Below are positions 24,628 to 33,215 of a stretch of DNA of 33,215 nucleotides, piece by piece. How positions within the stretch are numbered: position 1 is the stretch's first letter; every line of letters starts with the position of its first letter. The position numbers and the translations under genes are program-made. Below the pieces are notes generated by a model. It worked only from the letters and a program-made list of their open reading frames with translations. It was not told the DNA's origin and did no database searches. This DNA comes from a virus. Its lineage: Duplodnaviria > Caudoviricetes. Where the stretch lies: positions 1 to 33,215 of IMG/VR virus record IMGVR_UViG_3300008120_000681; one strand, given 5' to 3'.

Positions 24628-26418
24628 ATGGATTGGAGAAAAATTGCTCCTTGGGTGTTGTTTGTTCTTGCTGGTATTTTTATGTTTCAGATGTGGAACG
24701 AAACCTCACACAAAACTTACTCAAGAGAAATTGGATTCAGCGAACTCGTTGCTCAGATTGACGAGGGAAGAGTCCATGATCTGACTATTGCAGGAAATCA
24801 GGTTACTGGTCATTTCACTGATAATAGATCATTTAACACATATGTTCCATCAATCGGTAGTTTTATGGAACAGATCAAAGGTAAGAAGTTGCAAGTATCT
24901 GCAACTCCACCAGAAGAAACTGGATTTATCACTAACCTTGCAATCAATCTACTTCCCGTTATTCTGTTCTTTGGTATCTGGATTTGGTTGTCACGAAGAA
25001 CTAATGGCGGCATTGGCCGTGGTCCTATGACTATGGGTAAATCAAAAGCAAAGATGCTTTCAGAAGAAGAAATTAATGTTAAGTTTGATGACGTTGCTGG
25101 TGTTGATGAGGCCAAAGAAGATCTAGAAGAAGTTGTAGAATTTCTGGCAGCACCACATAAGTTTCAAGCAGTTGGTGGTAAAATTCCCAAGGGAGTTTTG
25201 CTTGTTGGTCCTCCAGGAACTGGTAAGACATTGCTTGCTAAAGCAGTTGCTGGTGAAGCAGGTGTTCCTTTCTTCCATCTATCAGGTTCAGACTTCGTTG
25301 AAATGTTCGTAGGTGTTGGTGCATCTCGTGTGCGTGACATGTTCGAACAGGCAAAGAAGAATGCTCCTTGCATTATCTTCATTGACGAAATTGATGCTGT
25401 TGGACGTAATCGTAATGCTGGTATCAGTGGCGGTAATGATGAACGTGAACAGACTCTAAACGCTCTACTTGTAGAAATGGACGGTTTCAATGACAACGAA
25501 GGTATCATCATTATCGCTGCGACAAATCGTGTGGATGTGCTTGATCCTGCCTTGCTTCGTCCTGGCCGTTTTGATCGACAGGTTACTGTTAGTAATCCAG
25601 ACATTGTTGGACGAGAGAAAATTCTAAAGGTTCATAGCAGAGCAGTTCCACTAGGAGCAGACGTTGATCTTAGAACTGTTGCTAAGGGAACCCCTGGTTT
25701 CTCTGGTGCTGATCTAGCAAATCTTGTCAATGAAGCAGCATTGCTTGCCGCTCGTCGTTCTAAGAGAATTGTTACTAAGAAAGAATTTGAAGATGCACGT
25801 GATAAAATTCTTATGGGTGCAGAACGTAGATCTCTTCTAATGTCAGAAGAAGAAAAGAAAATGACTGCTTATCATGAAGGTGGACATGCTCTTGTTTCTC
25901 TGAACATGGAAGGTTCTGTTCCTATTCACAAGGCAACAATCATTCCTCGTGGTCGTGCATTGGGTATGGTTCAGTCTCTTCCAGAGCGTGATCAGATTTC
26001 TCAGTCTTATAAGGAAATGCTTGCTTATCTTGCCATGGCAATGGGTGGACGTGCTGCTGAAGAATTGGTATTTGGTCCAGATAATGTTACATCTGGTGCT
26101 GCTGCTGATATTCAACAGGCATCAAAGATTGCCCGTGCTATGGTTACACAGTATGGATTTTCACCACTAGGTAATGTAGCATATACTGATCCGAATGCTG
26201 ATGTATTCCATGGTCCAAAGGTTGCAGAAGAAACTCAGCGACTTATTGATCTTGAAATAAAGAAGATAGTTGATACTGCATATGCTACTGCCAAGGGTAT
26301 TCTGACAAGAAAGAGAGATCAACTTGATACTCTTGCTAAAGGGTTGCTTGAATATGAAACACTTTCAGGTCAGGAAATTGTTGATCTACTAGACGGAAAG
26401 ATACCAGTCAGGGAATAA
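24628..26418 (+). CDS. ftsH: ATP-dependent zinc metalloprotease FtsH
   Basis: Two TM helices, [38 protein letters not shown]; promoter TTGACT-N17-TATAAT at 24567-24595. Confidence 0.97.
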   Translation: MDWRKIAPWVLFVLAGIFMFQMWNETSHKTYSREIGFSELVAQIDEGRVHDLTIAGNQVTGHFTDNRSFNTYVPSIGSFMEQIKGKKLQVSATPPEETGFITNLAINLLPVILFFGIWIWLSRRTNGGIGRGPMTMGKSKAKMLSEEEINVKFDDVAGVDEAKEDLEEVVEFLAAPHKFQAVGGKIPKGVLLVGPPGTGKTLLAKAVAGEAGVPFFHLSGSDFVEMFVGVGASRVRDMFEQAKKNAPCIIFIDEIDAVGRNRNAGISGGNDEREQTLNALLVEMDGFNDNEGIIIIAATNRVDVLDPALLRPGRFDRQVTVSNPDIVGREKILKVHSRAVPLGADVDLRTVAKGTPGFSGADLANLVNEAALLAARRSKRIVTKKEFEDARDKILMGAERRSLLMSEEEKKMTAYHEGGHALVSLNMEGSVPIHKATIIPRGRALGMVQSLPERDQISQSYKEMLAYLAMAMGGRAAEELVFGPDNVTSGAAADIQQASKIARAMVTQYGFSPLGNVAYTDPNADVFHGPKVAEETQRLIDLEIKKIVDTAYATAKGILTRKRDQLDTLAKGLLEYETLSGQEIVDLLDGKIPVRE

Positions 26419-26589
26419 TAAAGGTCGGCTCCCTCCTCTGTTTACATGAGTGCGCTGGATAACCAGGAGTCTGTATATGAGTGCTAGCTTTAGTATACAG
26501 ATGGAGCCTTAAAGGCTACTGAATGACATATTGATATTACTGTCACTGTATGCTATAATGTGTGTCAATATAGTCTGTTCGGAGGATTT

Positions 26590-29091
26590 ATGAAATTTTA
26601 TACGAATTTCTTTTCAAGGGGTAAAAATATCTATGTTCGTGGTTTTGATTTAGGTCTAAGATTTGAAGAAGTTATTGAGTATGAACCATATGTCTTTCTA
26701 GAGAAGAAGGGCGGTTCATACAAGACTATTGACAATAAGTCAGTAGAAAAGCTACAGTTTCAGAACATGAGAGAAGCCAGAGAATTTATTGACAATAATA
26801 AAGAGATTGTCAACAGAAAGATCTATGGTCTAACAAATTTCTCTTATGTTTACATTTATGAAAACTATGGCGGTGAAATTGATTATGATCCTAAACTAAT
26901 TAACATTGGTTCACTGGATATTGAGTGTGCTGCTGATGAAGGATTTCCTGATATATCCAGGGCTGATAAGCCTATTACTGCGATTACTCTTCGCTGTCGT
27001 AACCGTAACTACGTTTTTGGTTGTGGGGAATTTACCAGCACCGACCCTAAAACCTTCTACATTCAATGTAAAGACGAATCAGAACTCCTCAAGCAGTTTC
27101 TCAACTGCTGGAAAGTTCTAGACCTTGATATTGTTACTGGATGGAACATTGAATTCTTCGACATTCCCTACATTGTAAATCGTATTAAAAGTGTTCTTGG
27201 TGAAGACAAGATCAAGAAACTATCACCATGGGGATATATCAGAGAAAAGACAGTAGAGTTTCGTGGTAAGGAGAATCAGAGCTATTCTATTGAGGGTATT
27301 TCAGTTCTTGACTATTATCAACTATATCGCAAGTTTTCGTTTGGTAATCAGGAGTCATACAAACTAGACTTCATTGCCAACATTGAACTTGGTGAGAATA
27401 AGATTGATTATTCTGAATATGGAAACCTTCTGGAACTTTATAAAAAGAACTTTCAGAAGTTCATAGAGTATAACATTCACGATACTGTTCTTGTTGATAG
27501 GCTTGACGATAAGTTAAAGTTTATTGAACAGATCATGGCGCTTGCTTATGACGCCAAGATTAACTTTAATGATACTATGACAACAGTTCGTCCTTGGGAT
27601 GTTATTATCCATAATTATCTTATGGATCAAGGTATTGTTGTGCCTCCCATGGAAAATCACACCATGGATAAAGAACTAATGGGTGGGCATGTTAAAGATC
27701 CAATTCCCGCACTTTATAATTGGGTTGTATCATTTGACTTGAACAGTCTATATCCACATCTTATCATGCAATACAACATAAGCCCAGAGATGTTTGTTGG
27801 TAGGGCAGTAAAACCGCCTTCTGTTGATCAACTTCTTGATAAGGTTGAGTTCAGAGACCAAAATATCTATTCATATGCAGCGAATGGTTGTAGTTTTCGT
27901 AGGGAAAATCAGGGATTTCTTCCTGCTCTAATGGAAAAGATGTATAATGACAGAACGAAGTATAAGAAACTCATGCTTGAAGCCAAACAAAGGTATGAAC
28001 ATAGTAAATCATTGGAAGATGAAAAACTAATTGCTCGTTATCACAACATGCAAATGGCGAAAAAAATTCAGCTAAATTCAGCTTATGGAGCGTTGGGCAA
28101 TCAATATTTTCGTTGGTTCAACTTTGATCTTGCAGAAGCAATTACATCTTCTGGTCAGTTGTCTATTCGTTGGATTGAACGTAAGATCAATCTATATATG
28201 AATAAAGTTCTAAAGACGGATAATGTTGATTATGTTATTGCATCTGATACAGATTCTATCTATATGAATATGAATTCTCTGGTTACATCTGCATTTGGTG
28301 ATAGTCGGAACGACGAATTGAAGATTGTTGAAGTTATTGATAAATTCTGTGAGCAGAAAGTTCAACCTTATATTGATAAGTGTTATCAAGAACTTGCAGA
28401 ATATATGAACGCATATCAACAGAAGATGCAAATGAAGCGTGAAACAATCGCCAATAAAGGTATTTGGCGAAAGAAGAAGATGTATATTCTAAATGCGTGG
28501 AACGTTGAAGGTGTCCAATATGAAAAGCCAAAGATCAAGATTCAAGGAATTGAAGCTGTTCGTTCTGATAAGCCACATGTCGTCAGACAGGGATTGAAGA
28601 CATGCTTCGAAATCATTATGAATAAGACCGAAAAAGATCTTCAAAACTTTGTTCGTGAGTTTCATGATGAATTTGTCACTCTACCATTTAATGAAATTGC
28701 ATTTCCTCGTGGTGTTAATGGTATGACAGGATATAAGACAACATCAAAGTCTATTCTTTTTGGAACAATGAACGATGGTTATAAATCAGGAACACCTATT
28801 CATGTCAAGGGTGCTTTGACATTTAATAAAATGCTAAAACAGTTAGATATCAAAACCATCCCACCAATTTCAGATGGTGATAAGATCAAGTTTGCATATC
28901 TAAAAATGCCTAATCCCACAAAGGAAACTGTTATTGCTGTTCCTGACGAACTACCAGAAGAATTGAAATATATAGATAAGTATGTAGACCGTGAACTACA
29001 ATTTCAGAAAACATTTCTTGAACCATTACATTCTATAACGAATATTATTGGTTGGAAGACAGAGAAAAAACTATCATTAGGAGACTTTTAA
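26590..29091 (+). CDS. 43: T4 gp43-like family B DNA polymerase
   Basis: DIE, GWNIEFFDIPY, SFDLNSLYP, KIQLNSAYG, ASDTDS, KKMY; GGAGG RBS before ATG at 26590. Confidence 0.97.
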   Translation: MKFYTNFFSRGKNIYVRGFDLGLRFEEVIEYEPYVFLEKKGGSYKTIDNKSVEKLQFQNMREAREFIDNNKEIVNRKIYGLTNFSYVYIYENYGGEIDYDPKLINIGSLDIECAADEGFPDISRADKPITAITLRCRNRNYVFGCGEFTSTDPKTFYIQCKDESELLKQFLNCWKVLDLDIVTGWNIEFFDIPYIVNRIKSVLGEDKIKKLSPWGYIREKTVEFRGKENQSYSIEGISVLDYYQLYRKFSFGNQESYKLDFIANIELGENKIDYSEYGNLLELYKKNFQKFIEYNIHDTVLVDRLDDKLKFIEQIMALAYDAKINFNDTMTTVRPWDVIIHNYLMDQGIVVPPMENHTMDKELMGGHVKDPIPALYNWVVSFDLNSLYPHLIMQYNISPEMFVGRAVKPPSVDQLLDKVEFRDQNIYSYAANGCSFRRENQGFLPALMEKMYNDRTKYKKLMLEAKQRYEHSKSLEDEKLIARYHNMQMAKKIQLNSAYGALGNQYFRWFNFDLAEAITSSGQLSIRWIERKINLYMNKVLKTDNVDYVIASDTDSIYMNMNSLVTSAFGDSRNDELKIVEVIDKFCEQKVQPYIDKCYQELAEYMNAYQQKMQMKRETIANKGIWRKKKMYILNAWNVEGVQYEKPKIKIQGIEAVRSDKPHVVRQGLKTCFEIIMNKTEKDLQNFVREFHDEFVTLPFNEIAFPRGVNGMTGYKTTSKSILFGTMNDGYKSGTPIHVKGALTFNKMLKQLDIKTIPPISDGDKIKFAYLKMPNPTKETVIAVPDELPEELKYIDKYVDRELQFQKTFLEPLHSITNIIGWKTEKKLSLGDF

Positions 29092-29360
29092 TGAGCACAG
29101 AAGACGACTTTGGTTTCACTGCTGACGATTTCGTATTTGATATGGTCAGTAGCGACGAACTTCAAGCTGGTGAATTAGAACTTCAGGATCAGCTTGGAGC
29201 AACACAGGTTAAGTTACAGGGACTACGTAAAATGGTTATGCCACTGTTGCTTAATCTAAAGAAGAACCCTGACAAGGATATTATTAAGTGGTCAGGAACA
29301 GAAAGAGTAAAACAGATTGACGCATTTATTAAAAAGATGGATGCATATATTAATAGTTAA
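29091..29360 (+). CDS. Hypothetical protein, tandem paralog A
   Basis: DDFGF...MPLL.NL...PDKD.I.W...R; TAATG coupling to the polymerase gene. Confidence 0.75.
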   Translation: MSTEDDFGFTADDFVFDMVSSDELQAGELELQDQLGATQVKLQGLRKMVMPLLLNLKKNPDKDIIKWSGTERVKQIDAFIKKMDAYINS

Positions 29361-29405
29361 AATAATAAATTTCCGATAAAAAATAATAATAAAGGAGGAA
29401 ATATT

Positions 29406-29705
29406 ATGACAGACAACGAATTTGAATTCTCATTAATATCAGAAAAAGATATTAAACAAAACGAAGAAGTTCTTAAAAAGAAGATTGAAGATACTTTAAG
29501 GCATGTAGACGAATTATCTTTGTTAATAACTTCATCAAAGGATACGGAAACTTTATTAAACAATAAGATTTCTAAATTAGTTGAAGTAATAATGCCATTG
29601 ATAGATGGACTTTGTGACGATCCAGATAAAGAATATATCTATTGGAAGAATAGAGTTCCTCAATTAAAAGAACTCAAAGAAAAGATTAATAGTATAGTAG
29701 AATGA
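29406..29705 (+). CDS. Hypothetical protein, tandem paralog B
   Basis: NEFEF...MPLIDGL..DPDKEYIYW.NR; AGGAGG RBS. Confidence 0.75.
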   Translation: MTDNEFEFSLISEKDIKQNEEVLKKKIEDTLRHVDELSLLITSSKDTETLLNNKISKLVEVIMPLIDGLCDDPDKEYIYWKNRVPQLKELKEKINSIVE

Positions 29706-30496
29706 TAAACTATCTAGCATTAATTACAGCCCTGATACTCTCAGGAGTATCGGGGTTTTACTCAGTTTATGGCTTGACCGCATTATTTGCAGGAGCTTTT
29801 TATCCTATTATTTTTATGGGAGGATCATTAGAAATTGGTAAACTAGTAACGGCTTCGTGGTTATATAACAACTGGAACATCTGTCCAAGAGTACTAAAAT
29901 ATTATCTTACTATAATAGTATTAATTTTGATGTTTATATCTTCTATGGGAACATTTGGGTTTCTTTCAAAAGCACATATTGATCAGACTGTCAATATGAA
30001 TTCTGGTAATTCAGAACAATTACAAATTATTAATCAGAAGATAGATTTTGAAAAACAAAATGTTGCTGATATAGATAAACAACTAACTCAGATTGATAAT
30101 GCTATTAATAAGATTACAGAAAAAGGTAAAGGTGAGAATTCGTTAAGAGCCAGTGATAATCAAAAAAAGAATAGAGATCAATTATATAAGAAGAAGGAAG
30201 AAGAGATCAAAAAGATCTCAGATTTAACATTACAAAAAGTTAAGATTGAAACTGCTGTTCGTAAACTTGAAGCGGAAGTTGGTCCAGTAAAATACATAGC
30301 TGATATGATATATGGTCAGGCAGATAATGGTCAATTAGAGAAAGCAGTTCGTTTTGTTATTATAATAATAGTATTGGTATTCGATCCTCTTGCTGTTTCT
30401 TTGTTGATCGCTGCGAATATAGGAATAAGATCAAGAAAATTAGACTTGACAAATGTGAAAAAAGGTAGTATTCTTGTCATGGATAAGAAATTTTAG
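29702..30496 (+). CDS. Membrane protein with central coiled coil
   Basis: Three N-terminal TM segments, GTFGFLSKAH, coiled coil, EAEVGPVKYIA, VFDPLAV. Confidence 0.8.
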   Translation: MINYLALITALILSGVSGFYSVYGLTALFAGAFYPIIFMGGSLEIGKLVTASWLYNNWNICPRVLKYYLTIIVLILMFISSMGTFGFLSKAHIDQTVNMNSGNSEQLQIINQKIDFEKQNVADIDKQLTQIDNAINKITEKGKGENSLRASDNQKKNRDQLYKKKEEEIKKISDLTLQKVKIETAVRKLEAEVGPVKYIADMIYGQADNGQLEKAVRFVIIIIVLVFDPLAVSLLIAANIGIRSRKLDLTNVKKGSILVMDKKF

Positions 30497-30508
30497 AAGG
30501 AAGAATGT

Positions 30509-31564
30509 ATGTCACTAAAAGATAGATTGATTAAGAATTCGACAATTGATTTGACTTCAACTCTAACAGACTCTAAGGTTTATACAAAGAAGGATATGAT
30601 TCAGACGCCAGTGCCAATGATTAACGTGGCATTGTCTGGTTCTGTTGATGGTGGTATTACTCCTGGACTTACGATGCTAGCAGGTCCATCAAAGCACTTC
30701 AAAACTGGATTTGCTTTGCTGCTAGCGTCGTCTTTTCTAAAGAAGTATCCTGACGGCGTTGTTCTATTCTATGATTCAGAATTTGGAACGCCACAGTCAT
30801 ATTTTAATAAGTTCAAGATTCCTCTTGACTCTGTTATTCATACACCAATTACTGATGTTGAAGAACTGAAGTTTGATCTTATGAAGCAATTAAAAGAGAT
30901 TGCCAGAGAAGATCAGGTTCTTATTATTATTGACTCTATTGGTAATCTTGCTTCGAAGAAAGAAGTCGAAGATGCTATGAACGAAAAGTCAGTTGCTGAC
31001 ATGTCACGTGCCAAGCAACTTAAATCACTATTCCGAATGATCACCCCTCACCTTACATTGAAAGACATTCCCCTTGTGGCAGTCAATCATACTTACAAAG
31101 AAATTGGTATGTTTCCTAAAGATATCGTTGGTGGTGGTACTGGCGCATATTATGGCGCAGACAATATTTGGATTTTAGGTAGACAACAGGAGAAAGAAGG
31201 CAATGAGATTTCAGGTTATCACTTTGTTATCAACGTGGAAAAATCTCGTTACGTCCGTGAAAAATCTAAAATCCCAATTACTGTTAGTTATGAGGGCGGT
31301 ATTAATCGTTGGAGCGGTCTTTTTGACGTGGCCATTGAGGGAGGTTATATCGCAAAGCCAAAAGTGGGATGGTATGCCAAAGTGGATCGCACGACTGGTG
31401 AAGTGGATGGACGAAACTTTAGAGCGGGGGATGTCGTGGATAATTCAGACTTTTGGATGACTATGTTCAAAGAGACTGATTTTGCTGCATATATCAAGCG
31501 TAAGTATTCACTTGACACTGAAGGATCACTGGTTTATAATGATGAGGAAACGGAGGCTGAATGA
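30509..31564 (+). CDS. uvsX: UvsX RecA-like recombinase
   Basis: AGPSKHFKT, YDSEFG, DSIGNLASKKE, DMSRAK..KSLFR, KSRYVREKSK. Confidence 0.95.
   Translation: MSLKDRLIKNSTIDLTSTLTDSKVYTKKDMIQTPVPMINVALSGSVDGGITPGLTMLAGPSKHFKTGFALLLASSFLKKYPDGVVLFYDSEFGTPQSYFNKFKIPLDSVIHTPITDVEELKFDLMKQLKEIAREDQVLIIIDSIGNLASKKEVEDAMNEKSVADMSRAKQLKSLFRMITPHLTLKDIPLVAVNHTYKEIGMFPKDIVGGGTGAYYGADNIWILGRQQEKEGNEISGYHFVINVEKSRYVREKSKIPITVSYEGGINRWSGLFDVAIEGGYIAKPKVGWYAKVDRTTGEVDGRNFRAGDVVDNSDFWMTMFKETDFAAYIKRKYSLDTEGSLVYNDEETEAE
31512..31540 (+). promoter_or_regulatory. Perfect sigma70 promoter inside the 3' end of uvsX
   Basis: TTGACA-N17-TATAAT, 20 nt before the helicase ATG. Confidence 0.75.
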
Positions 31565-32961
31565 ACATAGAAAGAACAATCCTAACTAATCTATTACATA
31601 ATAATGAGTATGGCCGAAAGGTCATACCATTTCTTAAGAGTGAGTATTTTCAAGATTATTCAGAGAGGGTTGTTTTTGATCTAATTGACGACTATGTAAA
31701 GAAGTATAATGATTTCCCTGCGATTGAGGCATTAGCAATTGATCTATCTAATAAAGATGGAATAAACGAACAGACGTTTGTAGCCAGCAAGGAAATCATT
31801 TCTTCTTTACAGACATCAGATGCAAAACTAGATTGGTTACTTGATCAGACTGAAAAGTTTTGTCAGGATAAAGCAATTTATCTTGGTCTTATGAAGTCTA
31901 TTAAAATACTGGATGAAAAAAATGGTTCAATCTCTAAAGGTGCTATTCCACAGATTCTCAGCGATGCTCTTGGAGTATCCTTTGATTCACATATTGGTCA
32001 TGATTTTCTTATTGATGCCGACGAACGCTATGAGTTCTACCATCGAAAAGAAAAGAGAGTGCCGTTTGATCTCGACTACTTTAATACAATCACGAACGGT
32101 GGTTTACCCAACAAGACCCTCAACATCGCCTTGGCCGGAACCGGAGTCGGCAAAAGTCTATTCATGTGTCACTGTGCAGCCGCCAATATCTCAAGAGGCT
32201 ATAATGTCCTATACATCACACTTGAAATGGCAGAAGAACGCATTGCCGAAAGAATAGATGCAAACTTACTAGACATAGATTTGGATGCATTGCAACTTAT
32301 ATCAAAACAAAACTATAAAGAAAAGATTGACAAACTAAAGTCAAAGATAACTGGTAAACTCATTATCAAGGAATATCCTACAGCATGTGCCGGTTCAGCG
32401 AACTTTCGTCATCTGTTGAATGAGTTGAGAATCAAAAAGAACTTCAAACCAGATATCATCTACATTGATTATCTAAATATTTGTCTGTCATCAAGGTTAA
32501 AGAATAGCTCTAATGCAAATTCTTATACCTTGGTTAAGGCTATTGCAGAAGAATTGAGGGGTCTAGCTGTTGAATATGATGTTCCTATTGTTTCCGCCAC
32601 ACAAACAACTCGTAAAGGATTTTCAAGTAGCGATGTTGGATTGGAAGACACATCAGAATCTTTTGGTCTGCCAGCAACTGCTGATTTTATGTTTGCTCTT
32701 ATCAGTTCAGAGGTTCTACAAGAACTAAACCAGATAATGGTAAAGCAACTTAAAAACAGATATTCTGATCCTTTTATGAATCGTCGTTTTGTTGTTGGTA
32801 TTGATAAGGCTAATATGCGTCTATATGATGTTGAACAGTCTGCTCAAGAAGACATTATGGACGGACCAGTAATGGATAAGGGCAAGTTCATGGAGGAAGA
32901 AAATGAACGATCAAAACCAAAACGAAAGTTCGACAGAAAAAAGTTCGATGGATTTAAGTGA
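31561..32961 (+). CDS. 41: T4 gp41-like replicative DNA helicase
   Basis: AGTGVGKS, LEMAEERIAERIDAN, IDYLNIC, AEELRGLA, SESFGLPATAD, QLKNRY. Confidence 0.96.
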   Translation: MNIERTILTNLLHNNEYGRKVIPFLKSEYFQDYSERVVFDLIDDYVKKYNDFPAIEALAIDLSNKDGINEQTFVASKEIISSLQTSDAKLDWLLDQTEKFCQDKAIYLGLMKSIKILDEKNGSISKGAIPQILSDALGVSFDSHIGHDFLIDADERYEFYHRKEKRVPFDLDYFNTITNGGLPNKTLNIALAGTGVGKSLFMCHCAAANISRGYNVLYITLEMAEERIAERIDANLLDIDLDALQLISKQNYKEKIDKLKSKITGKLIIKEYPTACAGSANFRHLLNELRIKKNFKPDIIYIDYLNICLSSRLKNSSNANSYTLVKAIAEELRGLAVEYDVPIVSATQTTRKGFSSSDVGLEDTSESFGLPATADFMFALISSEVLQELNQIMVKQLKNRYSDPFMNRRFVVGIDKANMRLYDVEQSAQEDIMDGPVMDKGKFMEEENERSKPKRKFDRKKFDGFK

Positions 32962-33106
32962 CAAACAATTCAGACTTATGATGGCGGATGAAATATGGAT
33001 GATTGTTAAGGGATTTCCTGTTCCTGACTGTTATTCAGAAGAAGATCGTCTAGGTATATTTGAAAGATATTACCACAGAGCGTCAGCACAAAAACAGGGA
33101 GAGTAG
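32948..33106 (+). CDS. Small hypothetical protein
   Basis: MDLSDKQFRLMMADEIW...; start uncertain. Confidence 0.5.
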   Translation: MDLSDKQFRLMMADEIWMIVKGFPVPDCYSEEDRLGIFERYYHRASAQKQGE

Positions 33107-33107
33107 A

Positions 33108-33215
33108 ATGATCGTATGTTCCTGTAATTATATTGACACTGTTGACATAAAGGCAGTTCTAAACTATGGAACAGAACCTAATGTGGACCAGGTTCTCAAT
33201 ATGCTTGCATGGACG
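33108..33215 (+). CDS. Bfd-like [2Fe-2S] ferredoxin, truncated by the window end
   Basis: GGAGAG RBS; MIVCSCNYIDTVDIKAVL resembles the Bfd N-terminal CxC motif. Confidence 0.55.
   Translation, partial: MIVCSCNYIDTVDIKAVLNYGTEPNVDQVLNMLAWT

Noticed and set aside
21843-26418. Bacterial chromosomal origin of the pmoC/ftsH region
   Set aside because: No pmoAB, AT-rich phage-like codon usage, interleaved phage lysin and homing endonuclease, and contiguity with T4 core genes.
26420-26520. tRNA or hammerhead ribozyme
   Set aside because: No T-loop GTTC/cloverleaf and no CUGAUGA plus GAAA core on either strand.
24788-28531. Nested or antisense ORFs within ftsH and gp43
   Set aside because: No recognisable motifs, unlike the nested methyltransferase frame; typical shadow ORFs.
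26590-32961. Introns or inteins in gp43, uvsX or gp41
   Set aside because: The ORFs are continuous and of normal length with no intein motifs.

Overview
AT-rich segment of a large T4-like myophage genome, most likely a 'pmoC-phage' infecting an alphaproteobacterial methanotroph (host inferred from the Methylocystaceae-type PmoC). From 1 to about 13 kb it is a divergently transcribed early region of small hypothetical genes, many with their own sigma70-type promoter. That region includes an HNH endonuclease, an unannotated ArfA-like ORF, an AAA ATPase and a C5 DNA methyltransferase with a second subunit nested in another frame. From about 13 to 26 kb are scattered lysis genes (holin-like, two spanins, M15 peptidase endolysin), host-derived genes (acyl-CoA dehydrogenase, pmoC, Hsp20 with an RpoH-type promoter and ROSE-like thermometer, FtsH) and a GIY-YIG endonuclease. 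From 26.6 to 33 kb is the T4 core (gp43, UvsX, gp41) and the start of a Bfd-like ferredoxin. The most unusual element is a DUF6745-like gene followed by six translationally coupled mini-genes built from 82 variable 12-bp units encoding QVxx tetrapeptides (19493-20712). Related 12-bp repeats recur at 419-520 and 13876-13929. All family assignments are from motif recognition; no database search was run.
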